DNA from: a candidate division WWE3 bacterium CG23_combo_of_CG06-09_8_20_14_all_40_14
Lineage (GTDB): Bacteria; Patescibacteriota; WWE3; CG2-30-40-12
DNA: 34,547 bases
Reading direction: 5' to 3'
Assembly (NCBI GenBank): GCA_002770755.1
Contig: PCQY01000032.1
Span: 18,344 to 52,890 of the forward strand
The notes under the pieces are model-generated. The model saw nothing but the letters and a program-made list of their open reading frames with translations, was not told the DNA's origin and did not search any database. Shown piece by piece: positions 17,691 through 26,351 of the stretch; position 1 is the first letter of the stretch, and each line of letters begins with the position of its first letter. Both the position numbers and the translations under genes were made by a program.

Positions 17691-18773
17691 CTACCGCATT
17701 ATCTCACTTTTTAGTTCTTTTACCAAATCGTAGGGATTTGAGCCTACCACGCTTTGGGCGTAAAGCTCCATTGAACCGAAGTCGGAGTGGCGGGTTTCTA
17801 AACTTCCGCGGTCCACAATCTCAAGAATAACCGGCATATACTCCCAACTTTCATAGGTTGGAGTAATGGGATGCGGAATAGCAATTAAATTAAAACTTCT
17901 TACGCCAAATTTATTAACCAAAGTCCTTAATATACTATTAACAGCAAAAGACAACGAACCGTCAAAACTTTTGGCATAAATGGTAATGCCCCTCTCCTTA
18001 ATAGGGCACAAATAAGCCATAACCTTTACATCTTCCACCATAAATCCAAGCCCTAGTTTATGATGAACATTAAAAACATCGTTAAAATAATTGCTTTTAT
18101 ATTCCTCCTGATACCACAGAGATCTGCTTCTTAACAGCCCTATTTTAGAATAAGTAACATCTTTGGCAACAGTAACCTGCGCATGCCCATGCGTTATGGA
18201 CGCTCCCGCTTTCCATAAACAGTTCCACATAAAAAACGGGTACACAAAACTTTTGTTATGTTCGTTCGCCTTTTTGAAGTAGCTGTTGGCAACTTCAAAA
18301 TAATCGTGGATTTTTTCAGCGTTAAAATCTAAAGGATTATGGTCTTTAAAAATTATAACGCTGTGAAACCCGTCTATTTTGGCTATATTGCTCGCTGTAA
18401 GGGAATACTTTCCTTTAATTCTCCCAAAAACATCTTCTGGAGTGTTATTAAGAGGCGAACAAAACATTTCTGAACCGCACTTGTAATCAAAAGTTTCCCC
18501 CAAACTTATTTTCATATCCGGCCTTTTAGACCTTAAATCGTTAAAAACGGAGCCTTCGTAAGTTATTAGATTAGAAGCTTTAACAATAATCTGATTTTCA
18601 ATGGCCGAAACGGAACCAAATTGGGAAATAACCCAAGGCTCCATCGCGGGAGGAACCGCTAAATCCCCTTTAACAATATTTACTTTGAATATCCTGTTAA
18701 AAACCTCTCTATCATCAGGAGAGAGATTTTTGATGCTATTAAAAAGTGTTTCCTTAAAACTTCCTTCCACCAT
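17691..18773 (-). CDS. GalT-like HIT-superfamily nucleotidyltransferase
   Basis: WNCLWKAGASITHGHAQ (HxHxQ); start moved to ATG 18773, 7 nt after TTGAAA-17-TATTAT. Confidence 0.75.
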   Translation of the reverse strand: MVEGSFKETLFNSIKNLSPDDREVFNRIFKVNIVKGDLAVPPAMEPWVISQFGSVSAIENQIIVKASNLITYEGSVFNDLRSKRPDMKISLGETFDYKCGSEMFCSPLNNTPEDVFGRIKGKYSLTASNIAKIDGFHSVIIFKDHNPLDFNAEKIHDYFEVANSYFKKANEHNKSFVYPFFMWNCLWKAGASITHGHAQVTVAKDVTYSKIGLLRSRSLWYQEEYKSNYFNDVFNVHHKLGLGFMVEDVKVMAYLCPIKERGITIYAKSFDGSLSFAVNSILRTLVNKFGVRSFNLIAIPHPITPTYESWEYMPVILEIVDRGSLETRHSDFGSMELYAQSVVGSNPYDLVKELKSEIMR

Positions 18774-18780
18774 TGAATTT

Positions 18781-18809
18781 ATAATATTAGAAACCGCTCC
18801 ATTTTTCAA
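18781..18809 (-). promoter_or_regulatory. Promoter of the galT-like gene (leaderless-type)
   Basis: TTGAAA, 17 nt, TATTAT, 7 nt, ATG. Confidence 0.55.
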
Positions 18810-18860
18810 TCCCAAACAAAATTACCTCCCAGCAATACAGCAATTGGACAATGAAACATT

Positions 18861-19196
18861 TTACTTCTTTATATTCTTAAAAAATCGCCGTTTGGCAGAG
18901 GAAATAGAACTTTTTATATTCTTCTTGCTCGCCTCTTTTTTGACCACCGGCTCTGCTTTTTGAACAGCGTCCTCCACCAAAGGACTAATGGTAGTAGTAA
19001 GCTCCTCAACAATAGGACCAACGGTTTCGCCAACTTTCTTTTTAGCGGCTTTAAGCTTTTTTCTCGTCTCATCGCCGGGACCCGGCGCAAAAAGCACCCC
19101 AGCCACCATCCCTAAAACCGCCCCAATTAAAACTCCGGAAAAAAATCCGCCGCTACTGTTCGCGCGCGAAACATTGTTATTTGCCTTCATCTTCAT
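18861..19196 (-). CDS. YtxH domain protein
   Basis: FFSGVLIGAVLGMVAGVLFAPGPGDETRKKL signature. Confidence 0.9.
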   Translation of the reverse strand: MKMKANNNVSRANSSGGFFSGVLIGAVLGMVAGVLFAPGPGDETRKKLKAAKKKVGETVGPIVEELTTTISPLVEDAVQKAEPVVKKEASKKNIKSSISSAKRRFFKNIKK

Positions 19197-19449
19197 CCTC
19201 CTTGCTTGCCAAATCTTTTATGCTCTTAAAAACTTTAAACCCTTGAGTGAATGCGCCAAGAGCGGCGCTTAAACCAATAAGAGGAGAGGAAAGCGACTTC
19301 ACCACACCGTCTGCGGTTTCCAGCATATCGTTAACCCTGGCAATAACCGACCTCAATTCTTTTAACACCAAAACTAAATATACCCCCACCGCAACAAGCG
19401 TAACCGTTAAAAGAACTATTACTAATATTAAAATAACTTGAAGATCCAT
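19177..19449 (-). CDS. DUF948/YtxG-like small membrane protein
   Basis: N-terminal TM helix plus amphipathic helix, upstream of ytxH; AAGGAG Shine-Dalgarno upstream. Confidence 0.7.
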   Translation of the reverse strand: MDLQVILILVIVLLTVTLVAVGVYLVLVLKELRSVIARVNDMLETADGVVKSLSSPLIGLSAALGAFTQGFKVFKSIKDLASKEDEDEGK

Positions 19450-19514
19450 GGGCAGTTTTTCTCCTTATTTTTTAATATAAACATAAACTCTCCCGCCGTC
19501 AATACCAAAATTTC

Positions 19515-19898
19515 TTATTCGCAAAATTCCGCCTCTAAACCGCATTCCGATTTAACATATTCTCCACAAGAAACTTCCATTACCGCCCTCGCTTTCCCAT
19601 TGGGACAATTATCACACTCCCTCCAAACTTCCCCTTCGCATTTTCCATCCTCACAAAGATTTACGGAACCGCAAAAAACCCGCGACCCCACCTTTGTTCC
19701 CGCCGCCATAGACCGCAGAACCTTGCTATTTTTTACGCTGCTCACACTTAACAAAAGCCCTATCACAAGAAAAAACACCGTTAAAAAGGCAAACATCTTA
19801 ACCGGCGATGTTGTTTCTGTAGCAAAACTAATAGCGCTAAAATCCTTGCTCCTATCAATTTTTATCCTGCTTAAAAGTTTTTTCAACAAAGCTTGCAT
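19515..19898 (-). CDS. Small membrane-anchored protein with a cysteine-rich C-terminus
   Basis: TM helix then eight Cys in ~55 aa; fills the gap in the operon; start uncertain. Confidence 0.65.
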   Translation of the reverse strand: MQALLKKLLSRIKIDRSKDFSAISFATETTSPVKMFAFLTVFFLVIGLLLSVSSVKNSKVLRSMAAGTKVGSRVFCGSVNLCEDGKCEGEVWRECDNCPNGKARAVMEVSCGEYVKSECGLEAEFCE

Positions 19899-20799
19899 CC
19901 TTTCCCAAAACCCCCATATCTTTACCATTTAAGTATACTTTAACCACGCTGGCATTTCCAGCCTTTATCGTTATAAAATCCTTTGCGGTAAACTCGGCCT
20001 TTACTCCTTTAAGCATCAGCCCTCCCGGAAACAAAGTTTCACCATCGCCCATAACACTAATCCAGGACGCGCTATTTACTATCTCTATTTCAACCTTAAG
20101 CTCTTTCTGCTCCTCAAGAACCTCTTTAACCCCTAAAACCTCCGTTTGGTTAGGCAAAGGATTACTTACCAAAATTGTTCTAGTAACAAGTGATTCTTTG
20201 CCTAGCTTATTCAGCGCCTTAAAATTTAAAACATTAACTCCCTCCGAAAGCGATACTTTAATAGCAAAACTCCCTTCCGTTTCCATAGAAATCCTCTGCC
20301 CATTCAGAAAAAGGTCGGCATCCTTATCCACTTTTCCAAAAATATCCACAAAAGATTCGTTAATAGATAAATCTGTAGAAGGGCTTTCCACCGCCAAAAA
20401 TGGCGCTCCAGCAAAAGAGCGGTATTGATAAAATAGATACCCTAAAAACCCAAAAATGGAAATTAAAGTTGCAAAAAAAATCGCTATTCCCGGCGTTACA
20501 AGAAGCTTCGGAGTGAACAAGGGCTTCATTATAAGTTTAATGCCCTCCGCCTGCTTAACCTCTTTTTCCTCGTATTCTCTCCTCCAAAACGCCATTACCT
20601 CCTCATCATTTAAACCCAAAAACCGAGCGTAATTCCTTACAAAACCCTTTATTTGAACGGCATCAGAAAAGACGGAATAATCAGAATTTTCTATAGCTGC
20701 TAGGAATTTAATGTGTATCTTTAACTCACTGGAAACATCCTCCAAAGGAATGTTTTTTTTCAGCCTGTTTTCTTTTAATATCTCGCCCGCTTTTTTCAT
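19855..20799 (-). CDS. RodZ-like protein (HTH, TM, Ig-like insert, DUF4115)
   Basis: GEILKENR...L.AIEN.DY...GFVRNYARFLGL; C-terminal SWISV..DG...GNA..V.V.LNG. Confidence 0.85.
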   Translation of the reverse strand: MKKAGEILKENRLKKNIPLEDVSSELKIHIKFLAAIENSDYSVFSDAVQIKGFVRNYARFLGLNDEEVMAFWRREYEEKEVKQAEGIKLIMKPLFTPKLLVTPGIAIFFATLISIFGFLGYLFYQYRSFAGAPFLAVESPSTDLSINESFVDIFGKVDKDADLFLNGQRISMETEGSFAIKVSLSEGVNVLNFKALNKLGKESLVTRTILVSNPLPNQTEVLGVKEVLEEQKELKVEIEIVNSASWISVMGDGETLFPGGLMLKGVKAEFTAKDFITIKAGNASVVKVYLNGKDMGVLGKDASFVEKTFKQDKN

Positions 20800-20801
20800 A
20801 G

Positions 20802-22943
20802 TTAATCTTCATCACCAAAAACATCTGAAGAATCGTTGATTAAAACTTCTCTCGGCTTGCTTCCTTCCTGCGCGCTAACAATACCTTTTTCCTCCATCTC
20901 ATCCAAAAGCCTCGCCGCTTTAGCATAACCTATGCTCAATTTTCTTTGCAGTAAAGACGAGGACGCTTTTCCATACTGCACTACCACTTCAACCGCGTCC
21001 CTAAACACCGAACCTTCTTCGGAACTCGCCACAACCCCCATTCCCTTTTTAATAGAAGACTCGGTTACCTCGTTTAGGTATTCCGGCATCACATCGGCAT
21101 TTCTCAAAAAAACACTTAACTGCTCAATTTCGGAATCTGAAATATAAGAACCCTGAAGTCTAATAGGTTTGGAAGCATCCGGCGGGACATACAACATATC
21201 TCCCCGCCCCAAAAGTTTTTCGGCGCCCGCCATATCTATAATAACTCGCGAATCCACTTGACTTGTAACATTAAAAGAAATTCGGCAGGGGATATTTGCT
21301 TTAATCAGCCCTGTTAACACATCCACCGATGGCCTCTGCGTTGCTAATATCAAATGGATTCCTGTAGCGCGGGATTTCTGGGCTAAACGGCAAACCGATT
21401 TTTCAACATCGGTTTTAGATAAACTCATAAGCTCGGCAAGCTCATCCACAAAAACAATAACATAAGGCAGAGCCTGAAACCCCGACATTTCGTTATAAGC
21501 ATCCACATTGCGAACTTTTGCATGCTCAAATAATTTGTATCTTCTATCCATCTCCATAACCGCCCACTTCAAGGCAGGCACAGCCTTTTCCGGCTCCACA
21601 ATAACAGGCGTTAAAAGATGAGGAATATCCGCATAAGAAGCGAACTCCACCCTTTTAGGGTCAATTAATATAAACTTGCACTCATTTGGCGAGCATCTAA
21701 AAAGCAGAGTGGAAATGAAAGAATTTAATAAAACAGATTTGCCGCTACCGGTGCTTCCAGCAATAAGAACATGGGGCATCTTGCCAATATCCGCGATAAA
21801 GGGCTTTCCCGAAACATCAAGACCCAAAGACACGGCGAGTTTAGATTTTGCGTTTTTCATAATATCCGAAGTTAAAACATTTTTTAAAGTTACCAAAGCG
21901 GGCGAAAAATTTGGAACCTCAATACCGATTAAAGATTTCCCCGGTATAGGCGCTTCTATTCTAACCATACCGTTTGGAGAAGCTAATGACAAAGCTAAGT
22001 CGTTTGCCAGATTGGTAATTCTTGCAATCTTTGTTCCTTTAGCCGCTTCCAAAGCGTACTGCGTAACCGTGGGACCCATATTTATTTCAACAATGCGGGA
22101 ACGAATACCAAAAGATTCCAAAGTTTTTTCTATAGTTTGAGCGCGCTCTTTTACATTTCCCCTATCAGCCGCAGTGGAAGGCACATCCGCTAAAACATCT
22201 AAAGGAGGGTATTCCCAAACTCTATCGGGATAGGGTATGGAGGATTTAACAGGGGGGAAATACTCCAGCTTTCCCGCTTTCGCATAGCCCCCACTAATAA
22301 TAGGCTCGGCTATATTGGGGACCACCTTAAATTCCTCTTCTCCCTCCTCCTCAAAATCTTTTTCAGAAGTTTCTCTGCTTGAAGAGGTTTCTTCAACAGA
22401 AAGCTCCTTTTTATTCAAAACGAACTTAAACGGAAAAGCCATCTTAAACTTAACATTAGAGATTTTTGGAAAAATTTTTTCCAGTAGAGAAAAAAGCGAA
22501 TCTAAACTTATATTAAAAACCAAAATCAGCGAGATTATAAAAAAACCAAAAAAACATACAAAAGCTCCCGCTTTGCTAAGCGCCTGCGCCGCGGTATTGA
22601 AAACTTTTACCCCAACAAATCCCGCCTTTTCGGATAAAAGACCCAGCGTAGAAATATAGAAGAGAAAAACCCCCAACAAAAGACGGGTTTGCAAAAGTCT
22701 AAACCTAAAAGTTCTAATTAAAACCAGCGCAAGATATGCAAGAAAAAGCGGAATAAAAAATGCGGTTGAGCCAAAAACTTCCCCCATAATTTCTTTAATT
22801 ACAGAGGTTAAACTACCAACCTGCGCAAAGAGGGAAACGAACAAGACACCGGCCAGCAACAGCAGGAAAACAGAAATTAAAGACAGCAAAACATCTTTCT
22901 CTATTTTAAGTTTTAGAGATCTTTTTTTTCTCCTTCGCCCCAT
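20802..22943 (-). CDS. ftsK: DNA translocase FtsK/SpoIIIE
   Basis: N-terminal TMs, RIEAPIPGKS, MPHVLIAGSTGSGKS, ATQRPSVDV, gamma domain LQRKLSIGYAKAARL; ATG 22943 is 7 nt after TGGCATAAT. Confidence 0.96.
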   Translation of the reverse strand: MGRRRKKRSLKLKIEKDVLLSLISVFLLLLAGVLFVSLFAQVGSLTSVIKEIMGEVFGSTAFFIPLFLAYLALVLIRTFRFRLLQTRLLLGVFLFYISTLGLLSEKAGFVGVKVFNTAAQALSKAGAFVCFFGFFIISLILVFNISLDSLFSLLEKIFPKISNVKFKMAFPFKFVLNKKELSVEETSSSRETSEKDFEEEGEEEFKVVPNIAEPIISGGYAKAGKLEYFPPVKSSIPYPDRVWEYPPLDVLADVPSTAADRGNVKERAQTIEKTLESFGIRSRIVEINMGPTVTQYALEAAKGTKIARITNLANDLALSLASPNGMVRIEAPIPGKSLIGIEVPNFSPALVTLKNVLTSDIMKNAKSKLAVSLGLDVSGKPFIADIGKMPHVLIAGSTGSGKSVLLNSFISTLLFRCSPNECKFILIDPKRVEFASYADIPHLLTPVIVEPEKAVPALKWAVMEMDRRYKLFEHAKVRNVDAYNEMSGFQALPYVIVFVDELAELMSLSKTDVEKSVCRLAQKSRATGIHLILATQRPSVDVLTGLIKANIPCRISFNVTSQVDSRVIIDMAGAEKLLGRGDMLYVPPDASKPIRLQGSYISDSEIEQLSVFLRNADVMPEYLNEVTESSIKKGMGVVASSEEGSVFRDAVEVVVQYGKASSSLLQRKLSIGYAKAARLLDEMEEKGIVSAQEGSKPREVLINDSSDVFGDED

Positions 22944-23074
22944 CAAACATATTATGCCATAGGATTAAAAAGAGTTAAAGTCCCCAAATTTTTCTTTTCT
23001 GCAACAACATATAATCTTATTTACGATATATGGCATATGTCATAAGATGTGAAAGTGAAATACTTTGGTAATAT

Positions 23075-24061
23075 TCAATAAAAACTGCCATTTTCCCGAG
23101 CCTCCCGCTCTTTTAGAGCATTATACATCTGCCATTCGGTCAAAAGCCCATCAATAGCCCCAACTTTTTGTATTACCGACGCAGAATTCACCGCTCCCCA
23201 CCGCAAAGCTTCTTTAATATCTTTGCCATAAACAAGTGCGGACAGCACCCCCGCGCTAAAAGAGTCTCCCGCTCCCGTCATCTCCACCCGCTCTCCCGGA
23301 AAAATGCCCATTTTCAGAAACTCCTTCCCATCATAGGCAAAAGCGCCATTTCTGCCATCAGTAATAACTACAATCGCGGGACCTAATTTGGATAGTATCA
23401 TAAGCAAGTCTTTTATATTCGCCCCCACAGCAATGGTCCCCTTTAATACCAAACTTTCGGCTTCCTCTTTATTAACCACCAAAAGCTTGCTTGCCTCTAA
23501 AATACTTTTTATCTTAGGCAACCCCGCCTTAAGTTCGTATATTCCGGGGTTGAATCCTATCTTTGCCCCGCACTCTTTAGCCCAGCTTAAAAACTTTTTG
23601 TTAAACTCTTCAAAATCCTCGCCCATAGAGCTTAAATACCCCCATTTTGCGCATGCCGCATTTTTTGGAAAAACATATTTTCTTTTTTCATGAAAAGCCA
23701 AAATTGTCCGCTCGCCTTTGAAATTGATAACTGTGGAATAATCGGTGCCAAAATTATCGCGGCAAATATATTTAAGGTCCTTTATTCTTTCTTTCTTTAG
23801 AACACTTAAGACAAAATCGCCGTTTTCATCCTTGCCAATGCGGGAAACCACTCCAACAGAAAGCCCTAAACGGGAAGCTCCTATAGCAGTGTTGGGAGCG
23901 TTGCCCCCTATTGCGCGATGAAAGGAAGTAACAGGAATTTTTTCGGCATAATCCAAGCAGATTTGGCAGTTTTTGTGGTTAATATCACACTTAACCCGCG
24001 CGTCGGCTATTGCCAAAAAAACATCTGTAGTTGTATGACCAAAGGTTATTAGGTCAAGCAT
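23075..24061 (-). CDS. PfkB/ribokinase-family carbohydrate kinase
   Basis: GGNAPNTAIGASRLG, VNKEEA, ITDG, TGAGDSF. Confidence 0.92.
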   Translation of the reverse strand: MLDLITFGHTTTDVFLAIADARVKCDINHKNCQICLDYAEKIPVTSFHRAIGGNAPNTAIGASRLGLSVGVVSRIGKDENGDFVLSVLKKERIKDLKYICRDNFGTDYSTVINFKGERTILAFHEKRKYVFPKNAACAKWGYLSSMGEDFEEFNKKFLSWAKECGAKIGFNPGIYELKAGLPKIKSILEASKLLVVNKEEAESLVLKGTIAVGANIKDLLMILSKLGPAIVVITDGRNGAFAYDGKEFLKMGIFPGERVEMTGAGDSFSAGVLSALVYGKDIKEALRWGAVNSASVIQKVGAIDGLLTEWQMYNALKEREARENGSFY

Positions 24062-24065
24062 AAGT

Positions 24066-24157
24066 AAAATTCAAAGCTCAAATAGACAAATAACAAATCA
24101 AGCTCAAAATCAAAATCCAAAAAGTTTCAGACATTTGAATTTTATCATTTGATTTTG
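24066..24157. repeat. Intergenic CAAA-based short tandem repeats with an inverted TTTG arm
   Basis: AAGCTCAAA twice (24074, 24100); AAAATTCAAA/TTTGAATTTT (24066/24134); CAAAATCAAA/TTTGATTTTG (24105/24148). Confidence 0.6.
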
Positions 24158-24162
24158 TCCTA

Positions 24163-24915
24163 TTACCACTCTGATATTATCCTGCAAATTTCCTTAGAAA
24201 GACCTAGCGGCTCCTTCGCCTGCCAAACATTTCTCCCAACCGCCACTCCGGAACACCCCGCTTTTATAGCATCCTTTATATCTTTTAGAAATTCCCGCTC
24301 GTTGGTTTTTAACCCACCCGATATAACCACTTTTGCTCTGCCGGCGCTCTCAACCACCAGCCGCATATCCTGGACACTTCCCGCATAATGCATTTTCAAA
24401 ATATCCGCCCCAAGTTCAAGCCCTGCTCTTGCGGCGTAAGCTAAAACTTTTGGCGAATCCTCTTTTCCTTTTACCGCTTTCCCGCGCGGATACATCCAAG
24501 CAATCACAGGAATGTTTTTATTATGCGCCTCTCTTACCACATTCCCAAACTCTTTGAACATAAGGCTCTCAAATTTGCTGCCCACATAAACGGTATAACC
24601 CACAGCGCAGGCTTTAAGTTTAATTGCCTCGTCCACAGTACACAAGGGGGCGGAGTAAGGCTCGTCTTCAACAAAACTAGTTTTGCCGTTAAGTTTAATA
24701 ATTAGAGAAACTTTTTTGCGAAAGGGCACATAGTATTTTTCGGCAATACCTTTTTGGAGGATAACTGCGTTAAATTTAGCTTTGTCGGCAATATCCAAAA
24801 TATAATTAGGGTCTATGTTTATATCGTTAAAATCCGAGGGGCCATGTTCTAATCCGTGGTCATACGCCAGGAACATAAACTTTCCGTTGGTGGATATTTT
24901 GGACAGGGATAACAT
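24163..24915 (-). CDS. Class I (DhnA/archaeal-type) fructose-bisphosphate aldolase
   Basis: LAYDHGLEHGP, KLNGKT, WMYPRG, ELGADILK, SGG.K, AVGRNVWQ. Confidence 0.93.
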   Translation of the reverse strand: MLSLSKISTNGKFMFLAYDHGLEHGPSDFNDINIDPNYILDIADKAKFNAVILQKGIAEKYYVPFRKKVSLIIKLNGKTSFVEDEPYSAPLCTVDEAIKLKACAVGYTVYVGSKFESLMFKEFGNVVREAHNKNIPVIAWMYPRGKAVKGKEDSPKVLAYAARAGLELGADILKMHYAGSVQDMRLVVESAGRAKVVISGGLKTNEREFLKDIKDAIKAGCSGVAVGRNVWQAKEPLGLSKEICRIISEW

Positions 24916-24921
24916 AATACT

Positions 24922-24949
24922 ATTATAGCAAAGAGAACATTTTTTTCAA
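24922..24949 (-). promoter_or_regulatory. Promoter of the aldolase gene (leaderless-type)
   Basis: TTGAAA, 16 nt ending TGC, TATAAT, 6 nt, ATG 24915. Confidence 0.7.
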
Positions 24950-24982
24950 TAAAAAGATTAAGATGGTAAAGAACTTCGGGCG

Positions 24983-25972
24983 TTATAAGTACTTCTTAAT
25001 ATTATCATTATGCTCCTGTATGGTTTTGGAAAAATGCGTTACTCCGTTACTCCCCGTTAAATAAAACCAATAATCCGTTTCCTTATACTCTAAAACCGCT
25101 TTTATCGCATCCAATCCCGGATTGCAAATAGGCGCGGGAGGCAATCCTGCATATTTATAAGTATTGAACGGGGAATCTATTTCTAAATCGGCGGCGGACA
25201 AAATATCCCACCAAGCGCAGTCCTGCGCAGAAGAGCAGACCGACTCGTTTAAATCTTTCGCGTATTGGATTGCAGCATCCGCCTGCAAAGGCCAGCTGTT
25301 ACGGTATCTTTTTATTAATATCCCCGCAACCGCTGCTTTATCCTCAAAACTTCTTGCCTCCCTCTCAACTATGGATGACAATATAACCACCTCATCCAAA
25401 CTAAAACCGCTCTCCTTTATTTTATCTTCAAAAGGGCTAATTTTCTCGTCAAAATTTTGCCGCAGAGTTTTGGCTATATCTTCCCCTGAGACACTGTTAT
25501 AAAAGAAGTAAGTATCCGGAAACATAAAACCTTCTTTGGTATAGGCGCTTTTCAGAAAATCCATTTGCGCCGCCTTCGGAAGAATCTGCGCCATCTGCTC
25601 AATTCTCCACCCTTCAATGAAGGTAACCTTCTCCTGAAAACTTCCTTTACCAAAAAGGTCTGCCACTTCAACAACGGAGGCGTTGGTTGGGATAATAAAT
25701 TTCCCCGCCTGCAAACTTCTTCTTCCCAAAAGAACATACAACTTAAACAACCCTTTGGAATTTATAAGGTCTTCCTTTTTCAAAAGAACAGCGATGTCCT
25801 CTACTCCAAAACCCTTGGGAACGGTTATTTCCTTATACAGCTCTTTTCCAAAGTAATTATTCTGCCTTCTTATGCCCCATAAATAAAAGGCGGCAAACAC
25901 CGCAGAAAGAACTGCTAATAATCCCCAAAATTTCCAGTATTTTGGTAATTTAACTTTTATCTTTGCAATCAT
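24983..25972 (-). CDS. mltG: Endolytic transglycosylase MltG (YceG family)
   Basis: N-terminal TM, EGFMFPDTY, SIVEREA, LQADA, SPFNTYKYAGLPPAPICNPG; start moved to ATG 25972. Confidence 0.95.
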   Translation of the reverse strand: MIAKIKVKLPKYWKFWGLLAVLSAVFAAFYLWGIRRQNNYFGKELYKEITVPKGFGVEDIAVLLKKEDLINSKGLFKLYVLLGRRSLQAGKFIIPTNASVVEVADLFGKGSFQEKVTFIEGWRIEQMAQILPKAAQMDFLKSAYTKEGFMFPDTYFFYNSVSGEDIAKTLRQNFDEKISPFEDKIKESGFSLDEVVILSSIVEREARSFEDKAAVAGILIKRYRNSWPLQADAAIQYAKDLNESVCSSAQDCAWWDILSAADLEIDSPFNTYKYAGLPPAPICNPGLDAIKAVLEYKETDYWFYLTGSNGVTHFSKTIQEHNDNIKKYL

Positions 25973-26348
25973 AGTTTTCAAAAAATTTCTCCAAAAGCAT
26001 ACAAGCCGCAACATCATCCAAATGTTTTCTGCTTTTTTTTGAATATCCCATTTTTATTGAATAATCCAAAGCCTCTTTGGAAGTAAAATCTTCATTTAGA
26101 CCCCTAATTGGAATGGAAATCTGCTCTTTTAAGAACTCCTTAAAACTATTCGCCCCAATAATATCTTTTTTTGGGATACCCAAAACTATACAGGAAATTT
26201 CGTTTTCCTCAATAATTTTTTTTAAAACCCGCAGAACTTCGTTCCAATTTTTCCCTTCAAGAATTGCAAACGGAGCAAAAAAAGGGTTTTCCCCCAAAGC
26301 TACCCCAATACGCGATTTCCCAAAATCAATACCTAAAACCTTTGCCAT
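25950..26348 (-). CDS. ruvX: RuvX/YqgF family nuclease
   Basis: LGIDFGKSRIGVA, IVLGIP, NEDFTS, DDVAA. Confidence 0.92.
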   Translation of the reverse strand: MAKVLGIDFGKSRIGVALGENPFFAPFAILEGKNWNEVLRVLKKIIEENEISCIVLGIPKKDIIGANSFKEFLKEQISIPIRGLNEDFTSKEALDYSIKMGYSKKSRKHLDDVAACMLLEKFFENYDCKDKS

Positions 26349-26351
26349 AGA

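Noticed and set aside
19438-22659. Plus-strand ORFs such as 19438-19932, 21676-22140 and 22315-22659
   Set aside because: Antisense shadows of well-supported minus-strand genes
22995-23050. AT-rich imperfect palindrome (ATCTTAT/ATAAGAT) upstream of ftsK as a dif site or operator
   Set aside because: Short arms, poor match to the dif consensus, plausible by chance
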